Below the pieces are notes generated by a model that saw nothing but the letters and a program-made list of their open reading frames with translations, ran no database searches and was not told the DNA's origin. Below, piece by piece: positions 25,251-37,498 of a stretch of DNA of 64,000 nt (within the stretch, counting starts at the first letter, position 1; every line of letters begins with the position of its first letter). This stretch comes from Octopus sinensis (taxonomy: Eukaryota), in assembly GCF_006345805.1 (NCBI RefSeq), contig NC_043009.1, forward strand, positions 26,846,001 to 26,910,000, written 5' to 3'. Made by a program: the position numbers and the translations under genes.

Positions 25251-25488
25251 CAATATTTTCTGCAAAGACTTTAAAACAGTTCAATTTTTTAACAGAAAAA
25301 TATATACAATGACACAACGGCCACAGAAAATATCTAATAATTTCTATTTCCCGTAACCGAGAAACAGAACAGTTCAACAAACAATAGTAACAAGTTCAAC
25401 AATACCAGTTGTAGTAACAATATAATCCAACAGTAAATCCAACGATAATTTCAGCACGAAGCACAAACAACGATCGTAGTCTATAACC

Positions 25489-25527
25489 GGAAGCAAACTT
25501 CTTACCACACAGCCACGCTTGCGCCTC
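25489..25527 (-). mobile_element. tRNA-derived SINE (family A), displaced 5' head
   Basis: AGGCGCAAGCGTGGCTGTGTGGTAAGAAGTTTGCTTCC on minus strand matches the start of family A copies (e.g. 36090, 38281). Confidence 0.85.
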
Positions 25528-25576
25528 AATACACATAATATTAAAAATAGAATATGAATTTATCGTTACAGCAAAC

Positions 25577-26332
25577 GGATCTTTTCCTTTTGAACGGCAG
25601 TTTTCAACACAATTTCTAGTTAACTAAACACTTTTAAACTTCGTATACTGGTAGAATGTGTCAAAATAAAACACTTTTTTCTCTTGGCTTTCTTGAGAAA
25701 ATTGTAATTTGTTTGTTTAACGTAGTTTAATTTTTCGAATTTTAACCAATCCTATGCTCTCTTTTGAGCTAAAATCATTTGCTGCGTCTAAAACTGAGAC
25801 AACATCCTGTCACTAACCCTAACCCTAACCCTAAATTTTAGCCTTTCGTTTTTTTTCTTCTTAATTGTTAAATTAATTTAAGGATAACAATTAAGGAGAA
25901 AAAAAAACGAAAGCAATGGAAAATAATTTTAATTTAACAATTAAGAAAAAAAAAACGAAAGCAAAAACTCAAAACAAAAACAAAACGAATAATTTTAGAC
26001 ACACGCGTAACAATTAAATTAATTTAACAATTAAGAAAAAAAACGAAAGGCTAAAATTTAGGGTTAGGGTTAGAGTTAGGGGAAGGTTTAGGGTTAGTGA
26101 CAGGATGTTGTCTCAGTTTTAAACGCAGCAAATGATTTTAGCTCAAAAGAGGCCATAGGATTGGTTAAAATTCGAAAAATTAAACTACGTTAAACTTACA
26201 AATTACAATTTTCTCAAGAAAGCCAAGAGAAAAAATGTTTTATTTTGACACATTCTACCAGTATACGAAGTTTAAAAGTGTTTAGTTAAATAGAAATTGT
26301 GTTGAAAACTGCCGTTCAAAAGGAAAAGATCC
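25577..26332. mobile_element. Foldback DNA element, GGATC-ended family, with (TTAGGG)n in both arms
   Basis: About 280-bp inverted arms; termini GGATC...GATCC; TSD (C/T)AGCAAAC, 7/8 match. Confidence 0.9.
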
Positions 26333-26486
26333 TAGCAAACTTAATTTCATAAATATTACACGTTAAAATATAAATCCAAAACAAGAAAATATAATCATGA
26401 ACGAAGAAAGAAAAAAAAACCCATCAATTCAGCATTAAATGCATCAATCGGTCTCATGCCATAAGGACCAACAGGACTTGCTAAAG

Positions 26487-26999
26487 CAGGGGTGGGAAAC
26501 CTTTTGGTGTGGCGGTCAAAAATTTCCAATGAAAAAGGTTTGCGGGTGGACCACAAGTTCTCTTATATCAGTGTAAATCTTGTATATATCTATGTATACA
26601 TTAATAAAGATAAGTTTAACACATTAAATTAACGCGTAACATCTTCATTAACATCGCCACTGAATTTTGGACGTTTATATTATCTTTGCGGTGTTCTATA
26701 TTTTCCAGTTAGAGTGTAGTTGGGTCTCAAGGGGATGGTACAAACCTAGCAATATATGTTTTACAGTGAAAACAAAATTTCCATTCATATGACAATTACC
26801 AGACGATTGCTGTTCAAGTCTACCATTTTAAGTTGTAGTGGAAACGCGACCTGTGTCGAAAATAGGTTATGAAAATTGTATAAATTTTATAATTGAAAAA
26901 TTTATTATATTTTGTACATACGAGTATATCGGCCTGCAGGCATAATAAAATGTGCTCGCGGGCGCAATTGCGTCCGCAGGTGGGGCTTTCCCACCCCTG
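26487..26999. mobile_element. Non-autonomous hAT element (513 bp)
   Basis: 13-bp TIR CAGGGGTGGGAAA; perfect TSD TGCTAAAG; interrupts a CRE-like LINE C-terminus. Confidence 0.92.
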
Positions 27000-27290
27000 T
27001 GCTAAAGTAAACCAATACACTCGCGGTATTATCGCGGGTGACAGAGAGGCTAAGGCGTTGGATCAGCCAAGCACCGTCACGGGCATCACCTGATACTTCA
27101 GTAAGGTGAATTGTTAACGATGACAAGAACTTTGTTGTCGGTGGCCCACCTCCTCCAAACGCCTCAAACGCACAGGCTGGAAGAAATGAGGGAATCGTCC
27201 CCCAAAGCGCCATATCGCAGCGAACTGAAGGTAGTACCTCAGCGTGGCCGCCGTCCAATGACCTGAAGCAAGTATTAGATTGATAGATTC
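26990..27290 (-). pseudogene. CRE-like LINE restriction-like endonuclease C-terminus
   Basis: FEAFGGGGP...FL..L...WLIQRLSLSVTRDNTASVL; homologous to 45619-45822. Confidence 0.75.
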
Positions 27291-27795
27291 AATCACAAAG
27301 CTTTTGTCAGCTCAGTGCGAAAGGTGAGGACTCTTGTCTAAGACGTCGCAAAATGGGCCTGACCCGGAAACTACAAGGTTGCGAAACAAACTTTTTAATG
27401 TTAACCGCCATTGGCTAAACGTTGCAAACAATGCAACATAGCAACGAATGAGTTTTTATCGACTGCTTTAACGAAAAAATGGACGACATGAGAAATGTAA
27501 TTACTTAAGTGCCGACTAGCAGAATACGATAACAATAAAATATTAATCAATATTTCACTTGTATAAAAGTCCTTGTATTTATAAAATAAATTACCGACAC
27601 CGAGAAAATCTCATTGTTCTTCGATATGCTAGAAACAGCTACCATATTTCTCTAGGACCATACTTGTTTTAAATAAAGTAGGACATATTTGATTATATAA
27701 TCCTATAAATGCGAAAAAAGGCAAACGCTTTGTATCATAAATCTGCTCTCGAGATCCAGAAAGTAACAATACAGACCTATGTCTCCATTACCGGG

Positions 27796-27857
<62 letters not shown>

Positions 27858-27861
<4 letters not shown>

Positions 27862-28016
27862 GAAGGTTTGAAAATGCAAAGGTCTTTTAGAGATGTTTAT
27901 TGACTTGACCGGTTTCACTTTTTTAGAAAAAGATTATCAAAAGTTATCTAAAAATGTGAAACCGGTCAAGTCAATAAACATCTCTAAAAGACTTTTGCAT
28001 TTTCAAACCTTCTTTC
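27858..28016. repeat. Near-perfect hairpin (61-bp arms) embedded in (TA)n
   Basis: 27858-27918 vs 27956-28016, one mismatch. Confidence 0.92.
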
Positions 28017-28384
28017 ATATATATTTTCATCGTGCGGTTCCTTACAACTTTACTTTGTTGTATGTATGTATGTATGTATGTATGTATGTATTATGTTTGT
28101 ATGTATTTGTGTGTGTATACACACACACACACAGCCACTAAGTTAATGTTAAATGCAACATATTAGAAATGATTATGCGCTGAGGAAAAGGCAGTATTAG
28201 TAAATGACGAATATAGTAATTATTCTATCAAGAACAAAAGAGACAACACTGTACTTTCTTCAGTTTTATTAGCCCTCCTCCGTGAAGTATAAACATCATC
28301 ATATTTGCGAATCGTTAATTACCGTGGGAAGTTGCTAATAAAAACGCCAACGCTTTAATAATTAGACTGAATCATTAATCCAAT

Positions 28385-28977
28385 AACCGTGAAATACTTC
28401 TGTGTAATAAAAGACAATAACACTCATCCTGTGTGAATAGCTTCGTGTCCAAGGTTTTATTCCGACATGTGATAAATGAACGCATACAGTGAGTATACTA
28501 TGTTCAATAAATATTTCTAGGAAGAATAAAGGTTTCGAACAACTTGCCATGTTCCATGATGACTTTGAGAAAACAGAAATAGATCAAGCTACGAGATTTA
28601 CTTTCCACAGGCACTAGACGTAGAATACCATGACGAGCTACTGGTAGGGAATCAGATATCGAATTCATGTGCCTGACTCTCTCTGTAGGTGGTGGTGGAC
28701 CTTGTCGTGTCTCGAAGAAGCAGTTAGAGAAGAGAGGCTGATTTAAGCGGGGATGCCGTGGAAAGTAAATCTCGTAGCTTGATTTATTTCTATTTACTCA
28801 AAGTTATCATGGAATATGGCAAGTTGTTCTAAACCTTCCTTCTTCACAGAAAACTGTATTGAACATTTTATACTCACTGCATGCGTTCGTTTTTCACGCG
28901 TCAGAATAAAACCTTGCATGTGAAGTTATTCGCACGGAACGAATTTTATTATCTTTTATTGCACAGTTTTATCGGTT
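28385..28977. mobile_element. Unclassified foldback element (about 230-bp diverged arms)
   Basis: For example CAAGCTACGAGATTTACTTTCCAC vs GTGGAAAGTAAATCTCGTAGCTTG, and AAGGTTTTATTC vs GAATAAAACCTT. Confidence 0.8.
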
Positions 28978-29050
28978 CTATCATGTGTGGAAAGCTATGA
29001 ATTTTTTTCAGCGATCAAATTATTCTACACTAGTGATCAACTTACTACAG

Positions 29051-30255
29051 TGGTGACTCCAGTCAGAAAAGAAAGACATACCTCTTGGTTATAAGAAAAT
29101 TTATGCGCCATCTTTCGGCGGAAAAGGTTCTCTCTGAAAAAGATATGGCACGAATATGTTTTAGAAGAAATGCATAACTCGAGTCGACTCCAGCTTCAAA
29201 CTATCCGACGTATGAAATTTCTCTAAGAAACATTTTTTCACTAACCAATGTTCGCTTTTGCTACCATTTTTGCACGTGAAATTTTCTCCTAATGGCAATG
29301 TCGAACCGTGTTCATGTGTTCGATTGCTGCAGAACAACTGTCTGTGTATTCAACACACGTGATCCTCTCTGTTGTGAGCTCCATATTTCAACGCGTGTCA
29401 TATTTTCCTTTGTCAGATACGACTTCGCGTTTTCTTTTATTCTCGTCCTTTGTCTCCTGACATTTTTTCTAGTTGGAGGACGTTATCCTATTTACTCAAG
29501 ACGACGTGCGGAATTTTCTTCTCGCAGAAGATGCGCCACATCACTCTGCCCATCATGGCTGTCCTGAGAAGTGGTTTGCCCAGCTTGGAGAATTACTCAT
29601 TGATGACATACAGACACTAGGACTTCATTTCACATTTCACGAAAGTACCTCTTGTTTTTTCTTGTCTGCGACGGTTGACATCGGACAAGCTAAAGGTAGC
29701 TCAAATTTAAACATATGCACCTACTTGGTCTTATTCGGCCATACACGAGACCATAGGCATCACATTTACACACGGCAAGCATAAAAGGTTCCGCAGACTT
29801 CCGACCAGTTGGGGATTTCAGACGCCTCAATGCCATCACTATCCCTGACCGCTATCCCTTACCACACCTTCAGGATTTTTCATCTGCTTTATACGGTTGC
29901 GCCGTTTTTTTTACAAGAATGACCTGAAACATGCATACCATCATATGCCAGGTAACTCAGCAGACATCCCGAAAAAGGCTGCGACCACTCCATTTGGCTC
30001 GTTCGAGTTCGAGTTCTTATCCATGCCGCCAGCACTTTCCAGCGGTTTATTGATGAAGTCGTTCGTGGGATGGATTTCGTTTTTGCATGCATGGACGACC
30101 TTATCATTGCCAGTGACACAGCTGACTATCATCATCAACACCTATCTCAATTGCTCCAGCGTCTCCGGTCGTACAATATCAAGGTTAACCCTGCAAAGTG
30201 TGTGTTTGGTACAATGTCATTAGAGTTCCTGGAACATCTTATAGACTCTGAAGGT
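29051..30255 (+). pseudogene. Decayed Gypsy (CsRn1-like) internal remnant
   Basis: Gag-like PEKWFAQL (about 29560-29590); RT motifs RPVGDFRRLNAITIPDRYPLP, TTPFG, MDDLIIAS, NPAKCVFG; partial Trp-type PBS TGGTGACTCC at 29051. Confidence 0.8.
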
Positions 30256-31097
30256 CTATATGTTTGTGTGTGTGTCTATATATGTGTGTGTGTGTGTCTA
30301 TATGTGTGTGTGTGTCTATATATATGTGTGTGTGTGTGTCTGTGTTTGACCCCATCACTGCTTGATAACCGGTGTTGGTGTGTTTACGGCCCTGTAACTT
30401 AGCGGTTCGGGCAAAGAGGTCGATAGAATAAATACTAATATTTCTTCAAGGCGGTGCCCCACCATGGCCGCTGTCTAACGACTAAAACAAATAAAAGATA
30501 AAAGATATGTGTGTGTATGTATACGTGCGTGGTGTGTGAGTACCTTCGTGTTTGTAACCCCTCCCTAACACTCGACAACTGGTAGTGGGTTGTTCAAGTC
30601 GTCGTCACATAGCGGTTCGACAAAATAACCGATAGAATAAGCACAGGGCTTAGAAAAATATGAAACAAAATAAAAGATATAGGGTTCGATTCGTTCGGTT
30701 GAAGCTCTTCAGGGCGGCACCTTAGCATGGTCGCAATCAAATAACTGAAGTAAATAAATGAGCGCCGCCTGTCCCGTGCAACGCCGGGTAACAAAACTTT
30801 TTTTTTATTTTTTATTTTTTATTTTACTTAAATAGATATTTACTAGTAAGTAGTAAATAGTTCATTTCTATCAGGACAAAATCGCTTTCATTGTATAGTG
30901 CTCAGGTGCTCTGAAACTCGCCGGGAAAAAAAGTAAAAAAGAGGGATAGGAAGGAACAATATAGACAAGTGAAAGAAAACTCAGTGAAAACGGAATGTGT
31001 ACGGACAAGTTAACACTGTAAAAAAAAAAAAAAAGCAAAAACAAAAAACATGGAAACCAGACCGAACTTCCAGATGAAAGAAAAGGTTACATATACC

Positions 31098-31250
31098 CAT
31101 TAGCGTAGCTGAAGTGTACGCCACCCGGGGCGGTCTTTCAATTTGCCCCCCCTCCCACCCGCCCACAAATTACGTTTTGCCTACAGCAGACCTAAAACTG
31201 GTGCCACCCCGGGCGGACCGCCTCCTCAACGCCTCCTCTAGCTACGCAAG
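31098..31250. mobile_element. GC-rich MITE (second copy at 35237-35401)
   Basis: Degenerate TIR (TAGCGTAGCT / AGCTACGC); shared interior TTTTGCCTACAGCAGACC. Confidence 0.6.
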
Positions 31251-31565
31251 TACATAGACCCAACATATATTCTATATGTACAATTAAATCGTTTATATGT
31301 CATATGCATCAAATAACTCGTTTACGCACATACACGCACGCTCTTGCTCGCCTTTTCTCTCTGCCTGTCTCTCTCTCTCTCTCTCTGTCTGTCTCTCTCT
31401 CTCTCTCATACACACAAACATACGCAGACGGATGAAAGCGTTATTAAACAACAGCAGTCTTTCTACAATCGGTCTCATAAGTTCGCTGAAGGTGTACGAC
31501 GAAGCGTCATCGAATTTTAAAACAAAAGAAGTTAGGCTCACCGACACAGGTACTCTTCCGTACTC

Positions 31566-31609
<44 letters not shown>

Positions 31610-31699
31610 GTTCGTAATACAGTATAGGCAAAAATGCACCGGATTCATAGTCATCTGTCAAGTCACAAGGACCTCAGACAGATAATACTTTCCTTATAC

Positions 31700-31740
<41 letters not shown>

Positions 31741-32156
31741 TATTATTATTATTATCATTATTATTATTTTCATTTTCATTATTTGTTTATGACGAGGTTT
31801 TCCCATTTTCAGCCATCGGACATGCGGCGTCTTGGGGTTGCGCTATCAACAGTTTCCCTTACGTTTAATCGGTTATATCGATCACAGTATTGATTGTATC
31901 GCGCTCTGTACAACACACACACACACACACACAAAACCAAACGCATCCTTTAATATAATTTTCCACAGCATTTAAGTGACCGAAATCAAGACATTTCCAC
32001 TCAACGGGGCACCAGTCTACCACACCGTTTCTCATTTACAGTTGGAACAAGGTGAAATTAAGTGTTCTGCTCAAGTATAAAATCGCTACCTGTATGATTT
32101 TTATTTCACGCTGGCCACTTGATAAAAAACATTTCAGTGATTTTATCCTTAACCTG

Positions 32157-32203
<47 letters not shown>

Positions 32204-32688
32204 ACATGTTGGTATTGACACACACACGTACATACATACAAAGTAATCTCGCTTTAAAAAACCTTCCTCGGCTTGGATTTCCCGTTAGCCCTTAAACTCT
32301 TCACGCAAGAAGAATCATGGGGAGGTAACCAAACCACTAAAATCGGGTGAGAAATTTAGAAATTTACTTTAAATAAGTTTCATTTGAAATGAAATCGACT
32401 CGAGCGTTATCACACGATAATACTGGCTACTAATTAACGAAACTATGTTGATTATTATTTATAGTTTAGATAATTGGTTTTGATATTTATCAGTGATGGA
32501 TCTATTTCAAGTAAGAAATATTTTTAATGATAATTTTCAATTGGCCGAAGTGTTTATTTTTATGACGTTCACCACTGCAAATAATCCATTATCCGAAGTT
32601 TTGCTATCATTTTTTTTTTTTTTGGAAACTAAAATTAAAAACTAGTGTTTTACAGAGGATTATGAAAGGAGATTCCAGCCGCGAAATG

Positions 32689-33192
32689 TTTTTCCCACGA
32701 GAGTTTCGGACCCCAGTTATGAACTCATTTGCATACAGCCAATCAGAGCTCATCTATCAAACTAATTTATGAACGCATTACAAGTGATGGGCGCTAAGAT
32801 AAGGTCACTTGGGTAAGGAATGGCCGGGCTTCTTTTCTCTTTTAAGAACGCTTATTGTTCTTGTTCTTGTTTCAACCTTGCCTGCCTCTGCGTATTTGTG
32901 TTGTTTACTTTGTAAAATAGTAAGAGGTGAGGGTTGCTAGCATATCACCCTCAAACCACATTTTCCCCATCCACATCTCTACCATATGGGGCCCTAACAA
33001 AATCCGATAATAGGTATAGATGCAAATCCATCTAGGCATAACTTGGCGATCGGTCGACTTACAACACCGCTCTTCGTCTTGAGCTTACTTGGTAGAGTGT
33101 GTTTGTTAACTTGACAACAAGGCCAAGGTGAGCTCTGATTGGCGGTATGCAAGTGAGTTCATTACTGGGGTCCGGAACTCTTGTGGGAAAAA
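32689..33192. repeat. Inverted repeat (64-bp arms) with octamer-like and CCAAT motifs
   Basis: 32689-32752 vs 33129-33192. Confidence 0.8.
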
Positions 33193-33303
33193 AATTTTGC
33201 ATGCCGGCCAAATTTCGAATATCTTTTATTTTATCTCGTGGAAAGGTTATGAAAGTATGGATCGACTCACGCAGTTTTAGTTAAGAATTTGAGATAAGAT
33301 TTG

Positions 33304-33693
<390 letters not shown>

Positions 33694-34399
33694 ATTATTT
33701 TTCCTTCCCTTGTAATACTAAAAATATGTAGGTCTTAATTAACGATCTATCGTGAGGTGAATTTAGCTTGTAATATATTATGCTGTAAGTCCCTTAGAGG
33801 TTTATTTATTCATTTATATTTACCTAATGAATTATAAGCTATTATTTATAGCTGATTTCGTCTCGAAATATATCATTTATAAAAAAATTATTTACGTATA
33901 TCTCGATGCTTCTTGCTTTGAAGGTTAACATGCACTTGAGGTGTTAAAAATAAAATGAAAGGTAATTGACCGGAAGTGACATCCAATAATTTCATGTCAA
34001 GAAATCTCTGAACCACGACCTATGTAAAGAGCATAGAAATATTTTCATTTTATAAGAGATGAAAATAGTCGCACGTTGCGTATAGTACATTGGAACGGTG
34101 TACTTCAGTTGCTATTTCTAAATACGGTTACCCATCGTCATATCGCGGTTCACCTATCGCGGTTAATTATTTAAGCTTACGTCAATTCCTCTGTGGTGTT
34201 GCTTTGCGTTTATAATGAAATGAATATATACAAATTATAAAAATAATAATAAAAAATATAGAGAACAATTCTGTTTCTACTTAGCGGATTTTCACCGATC
34301 GTGGGGCGGGGAGTTTAGAACGTAACATTCACCATTGTTCTAGTAATTACTGCACTTCAGATATTACTAGAAAGTACATCACAAATAGGTGCCTTAAAA

Positions 34400-34608
34400 A
34401 TAAGGCGGCGAGCTGGCATTTCGGTGGCACATGTGGTATTTCGTTCTGAGTTCAAATTCCACCGAGGTCGACTTTACCTTTCATCCTTTCAGGGTCGATA
34501 AATTAAGTACCAGTTACGCACTGGGTCTATGTAATCGACTTAATCCGTTTGTCTGTCGTTTGTCCTCTCTATGTTTAGCCCCTTGTGGGCAAAAAGAAAA
34601 AAGAAATA
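34400..34608 (+). mobile_element. Full-length SINE family C with 15-bp TSD
   Basis: AAATAGGTGCCTTAA at 34383-34397 and 34604-34618; tRNA-like head AAGGCGGCGAGCTGGCA and B-box-like GAGTTCAAATTCC. Confidence 0.88.
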
Positions 34609-35236
34609 GGTGCCTTAATTTTACTAACAAAACTCTCTCAGTATGCCAATCGACGGTTCCCGCCTACCAAATCCACTCACAAAGCTTTGGTCGCCCCGAT
34701 GTTATTGTAGAATACACTTGCCCAAGGTGTCACGCAAACTGCTTACCTCTCAGCCACGCCTACGCCTCATGGATATTTTTGTAATGAAATTTTCTACATG
34801 GTATAACAATGGAGTTCTGTTTGTAAAATTATAGATTTCACCAGTTTTTTGAAATTTTCTCCTTATGCGATTATGGGATGTCACTGTTTTAACTTAGAGT
34901 CAATTTACTTTTTTGTCAAACCTTTAAACCACGTGCTGATCCCAGTTGAGTTTTAAATGTAAGCAGAAAATATGCCTATTAAAAACACTCCCTCGTAAAT
35001 CTCACGATTGCAAGTTTGTAGTTTCGATTCTCGAACCGGGCGATGCGTTTGGACTTTTGAGCAGAACACTTAATTTCACCTTGTTCCAACTGTAAATGAG
35101 AAACGGTGTGGTAGACTGGTGCCCCGTTGAGTGGAAATGTCTTGATTTCGGTCACTTAAATGCTGTGGAAAACAGGTAACTGACCCAATGAGTCCAAGCA
35201 CCCGCGACAGTAGTATCCAAGGGTTGATCATGATGT

Positions 35237-35401
35237 CACTAGTGTAGTTGGAGTGTGTGCGCCCGGGGCGGGCCTTCTGTTTGCCGCCCCCGTACCCCAC
35301 TTAAAAAACACATTTTGCCTACAGCAGACCCAAAAGTGCCGCCCCTTTAAAGGTATCGCGCGGGGCGGACTGCCCCTGCCGCCCCTCTAGCTTCGCTAGT
35401 G
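35237..35401. mobile_element. GC-rich MITE
   Basis: CACTAGTG / CGCTAGTG ends, 6/8 flanking duplication; homologous to 31098-31250. Confidence 0.6.
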
Positions 35402-35524
35402 GATGATGATGATGATGATAATGATAATGTAAATCTACCGGCATAGCTACACAAATGTGCCAGATTACGATTATTGGAATTCAGAGTGAAAAAAAGAAAT
35501 AAATAATAAGTGGGCGTGCACACA

Positions 35525-35940
35525 AGGTGGCAAGCTGGTAGAATCGTTAGCACGCCGGGCGAAATACTTAGCAGTATTTCGTCTGCCGTTACGTTCTGAG
35601 TTCAAATTCTGCCGAGGTCGACTTTGCCTTTCATCCTTTCGGGGTCGATAAATTAAGTACCAGTTACGCGCTGGGGTTGATCTAATCGACTTAATCCCTT
35701 TGTCTGTCCTTGTTTGTCCCCTCTATGTTTAGCCCCTTGTGGGCAATAAAGAAATAAGAATCGTTACTGCCCCGGACAAAATGCTTAGCGGCATTTCTGA
35801 GTTCAAATTCCGCTGAGGTCGACTTTGCCTTTCATTTCATCTTTTGGCCCCGATAAAATAAGTAGCAGTTGAACATTTGGGGCTCAACGTAATCGACTTA
35901 CCCGCCCCCACCACCGTAATTGTTACCCTTGTGTTAAACT
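35525..35940 (+). mobile_element. SINE family C inserted in another family C-like SINE
   Basis: AGAATCGTTA occurs both in the first head and right after the GAAATA 3' end at about 35757. Confidence 0.75.
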
Positions 35941-36086
35941 CTGAAATCAGTATGTATGTGTGCGCGTCCGCTAGTTTTATTTTCCACATTAAATTTCGAC
36001 ATAATCGGAATGTATACCATCTGAAAGATATCTATACAAAATTTCATTAAAAAATATTAATTTTCCTTAAAGTTATAAAGGAACAA

Positions 36087-36250
36087 AATCAGGAGTGGCT
36101 GTGTGGTAAGTAGCTTGCTAACCAACCACATGGTTCCGGGTTCAGTCCCACTGCGTGGCATCTTGGGCAAGTGTCTTCTGCTATAGCCCCGTGCCGACCA
36201 ATGCCTTGTGAGTGGATTTGGTAGACGGAAACTGAAAGAAGCCTGTCGTA

Positions 36251-36282
<32 letters not shown>

Positions 36283-36505
36283 AGTGTGTGTGTATATGTT
36301 TGTGTGTCTGTGTTTGTCCCCCTAACATTGCTTGACAACCGATGCTGGTGTGTTTACGTCCCCGTCACTTAGCGGTTCGGCAAAAGAGACCGATAGAATA
36401 AGTACTGGGCTTCCAAAGAATAAGTCCCGGGGTCGATTTGCTCAACTAAAGGCGGTGCTCCAGCATGGTCGTAGTCAAATGACTGAAACAAGTAAAAGAG
36501 TAAAG
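36087..36505 (+). mobile_element. tRNA-derived SINE family A
   Basis: A-box TGGCTGTGTGG, B-box GGTTCAGTCCC, CCTTGGGCAAGTG core, tail TGACTGAAACAAGTAAAAGAG. Confidence 0.9.
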
Positions 36506-36832
36506 GGGATGGGACACACATTTGTATATATATATATATGAATCGATCTTACAAATGTATTTATTTAATTCTAACATAGTAACACGGCCTTATAGTTTTG
36601 AGAATTAATAGATTAATTATATCAATTCAATTGCTTGACAAACACCTAATGTTATCAACTCCGGATTACAAAGTATTTATTTCAAATATTTTTTGTTGGC
36701 CGTCCTCGTTTTTAACCCGGCGCTCTTTTAATCTAATGTTATTATTGTTATATAATATTTTTTCTTTTTTGCTCCAATTAATAGTATCAATTATGACTTT
36801 TTCGGCAATCTTTCGTCTCTAGTAGACCTTTC

Positions 36833-37065
36833 CGTCGATTTCCGTAAAAAACATTTTTTTTTTACGTATGGGCTTGCGGGAACTTTTGAAGTTCACACAC
36901 ACACACACACACACATGTACATCAATGCTTCCCATGCTTCAAAAGAACTTCAAAAGAACTTCCCTCGTCATACAATCGCTTTCTCTTAGTCTCTTTCGCT
37001 CTCATTACTTCAAAAGTTCCCGCAAGCCCATATGTAAAAAAAAATTTTTTTTACGGAAATCGACG
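36833..37065. repeat. Inverted repeat (about 60-bp arms)
   Basis: 36833-36892 vs 37007-37065. Confidence 0.85.
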
Positions 37066-37415
37066 TAACATCGCCCTTTTTTCTCAATTAATCCCAAAAT
37101 ATAAGTGTGTGTGTGTGTTTGTGTGCATATTTTTTTCCTAAATTATGTTTTTTCCAATATATCCTCTTTTGGAAAAAAAATTTTAGGGTGTAAGTTGAAG
37201 GAGATTATGGCTGCTGTTTCTAGCATATAGAATGCCCGCGTAAAGGTTCCGTACATGATTTGTGCGCGCATATGCATATGCGCGCGTGAGTGTGTGACCA
37301 AAGAACTAATATGGAGATATGCTACAAATTTAGGTATTTAACCAATCCCATAACTTGACAGTTATATTTACAACGATGTCAATATTTACACCATGCCCGC
37401 GTGCGAGTATGCGCA

Positions 37416-37498
<83 letters not shown>

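Larger units (their letters stand above)
18682..25488 (-). mobile_element. Full-length, decayed Tx1-clade (L1-type) LINE
   Basis: ORF1 remnants with a CCHC knuckle (about 24630-24680); ORF2 from ATG 23937 (GCLNV...LGDFN endonuclease; TLLNTKLKILAKVLA, SKAFDRV, YADD RT; CPRC...ETVLH finger) to TAA 18936-18938; AATAAA-like 3' end; 15-bp TSD GGA(T/A)GCAAACTTCTT at 18667-18681 and 25489-25503. Confidence 0.9.

Noticed and set aside
25813-26098. Telomere or chromosome-fusion remnant
   Set aside because: Only a few hexamers per side, symmetrically placed inside the arms of a TSD-flanked transposon.
36087-36160. tRNA genes at SINE heads
   Set aside because: A/B boxes are present but no full cloverleaf or T-run terminator; each continues into a SINE body.
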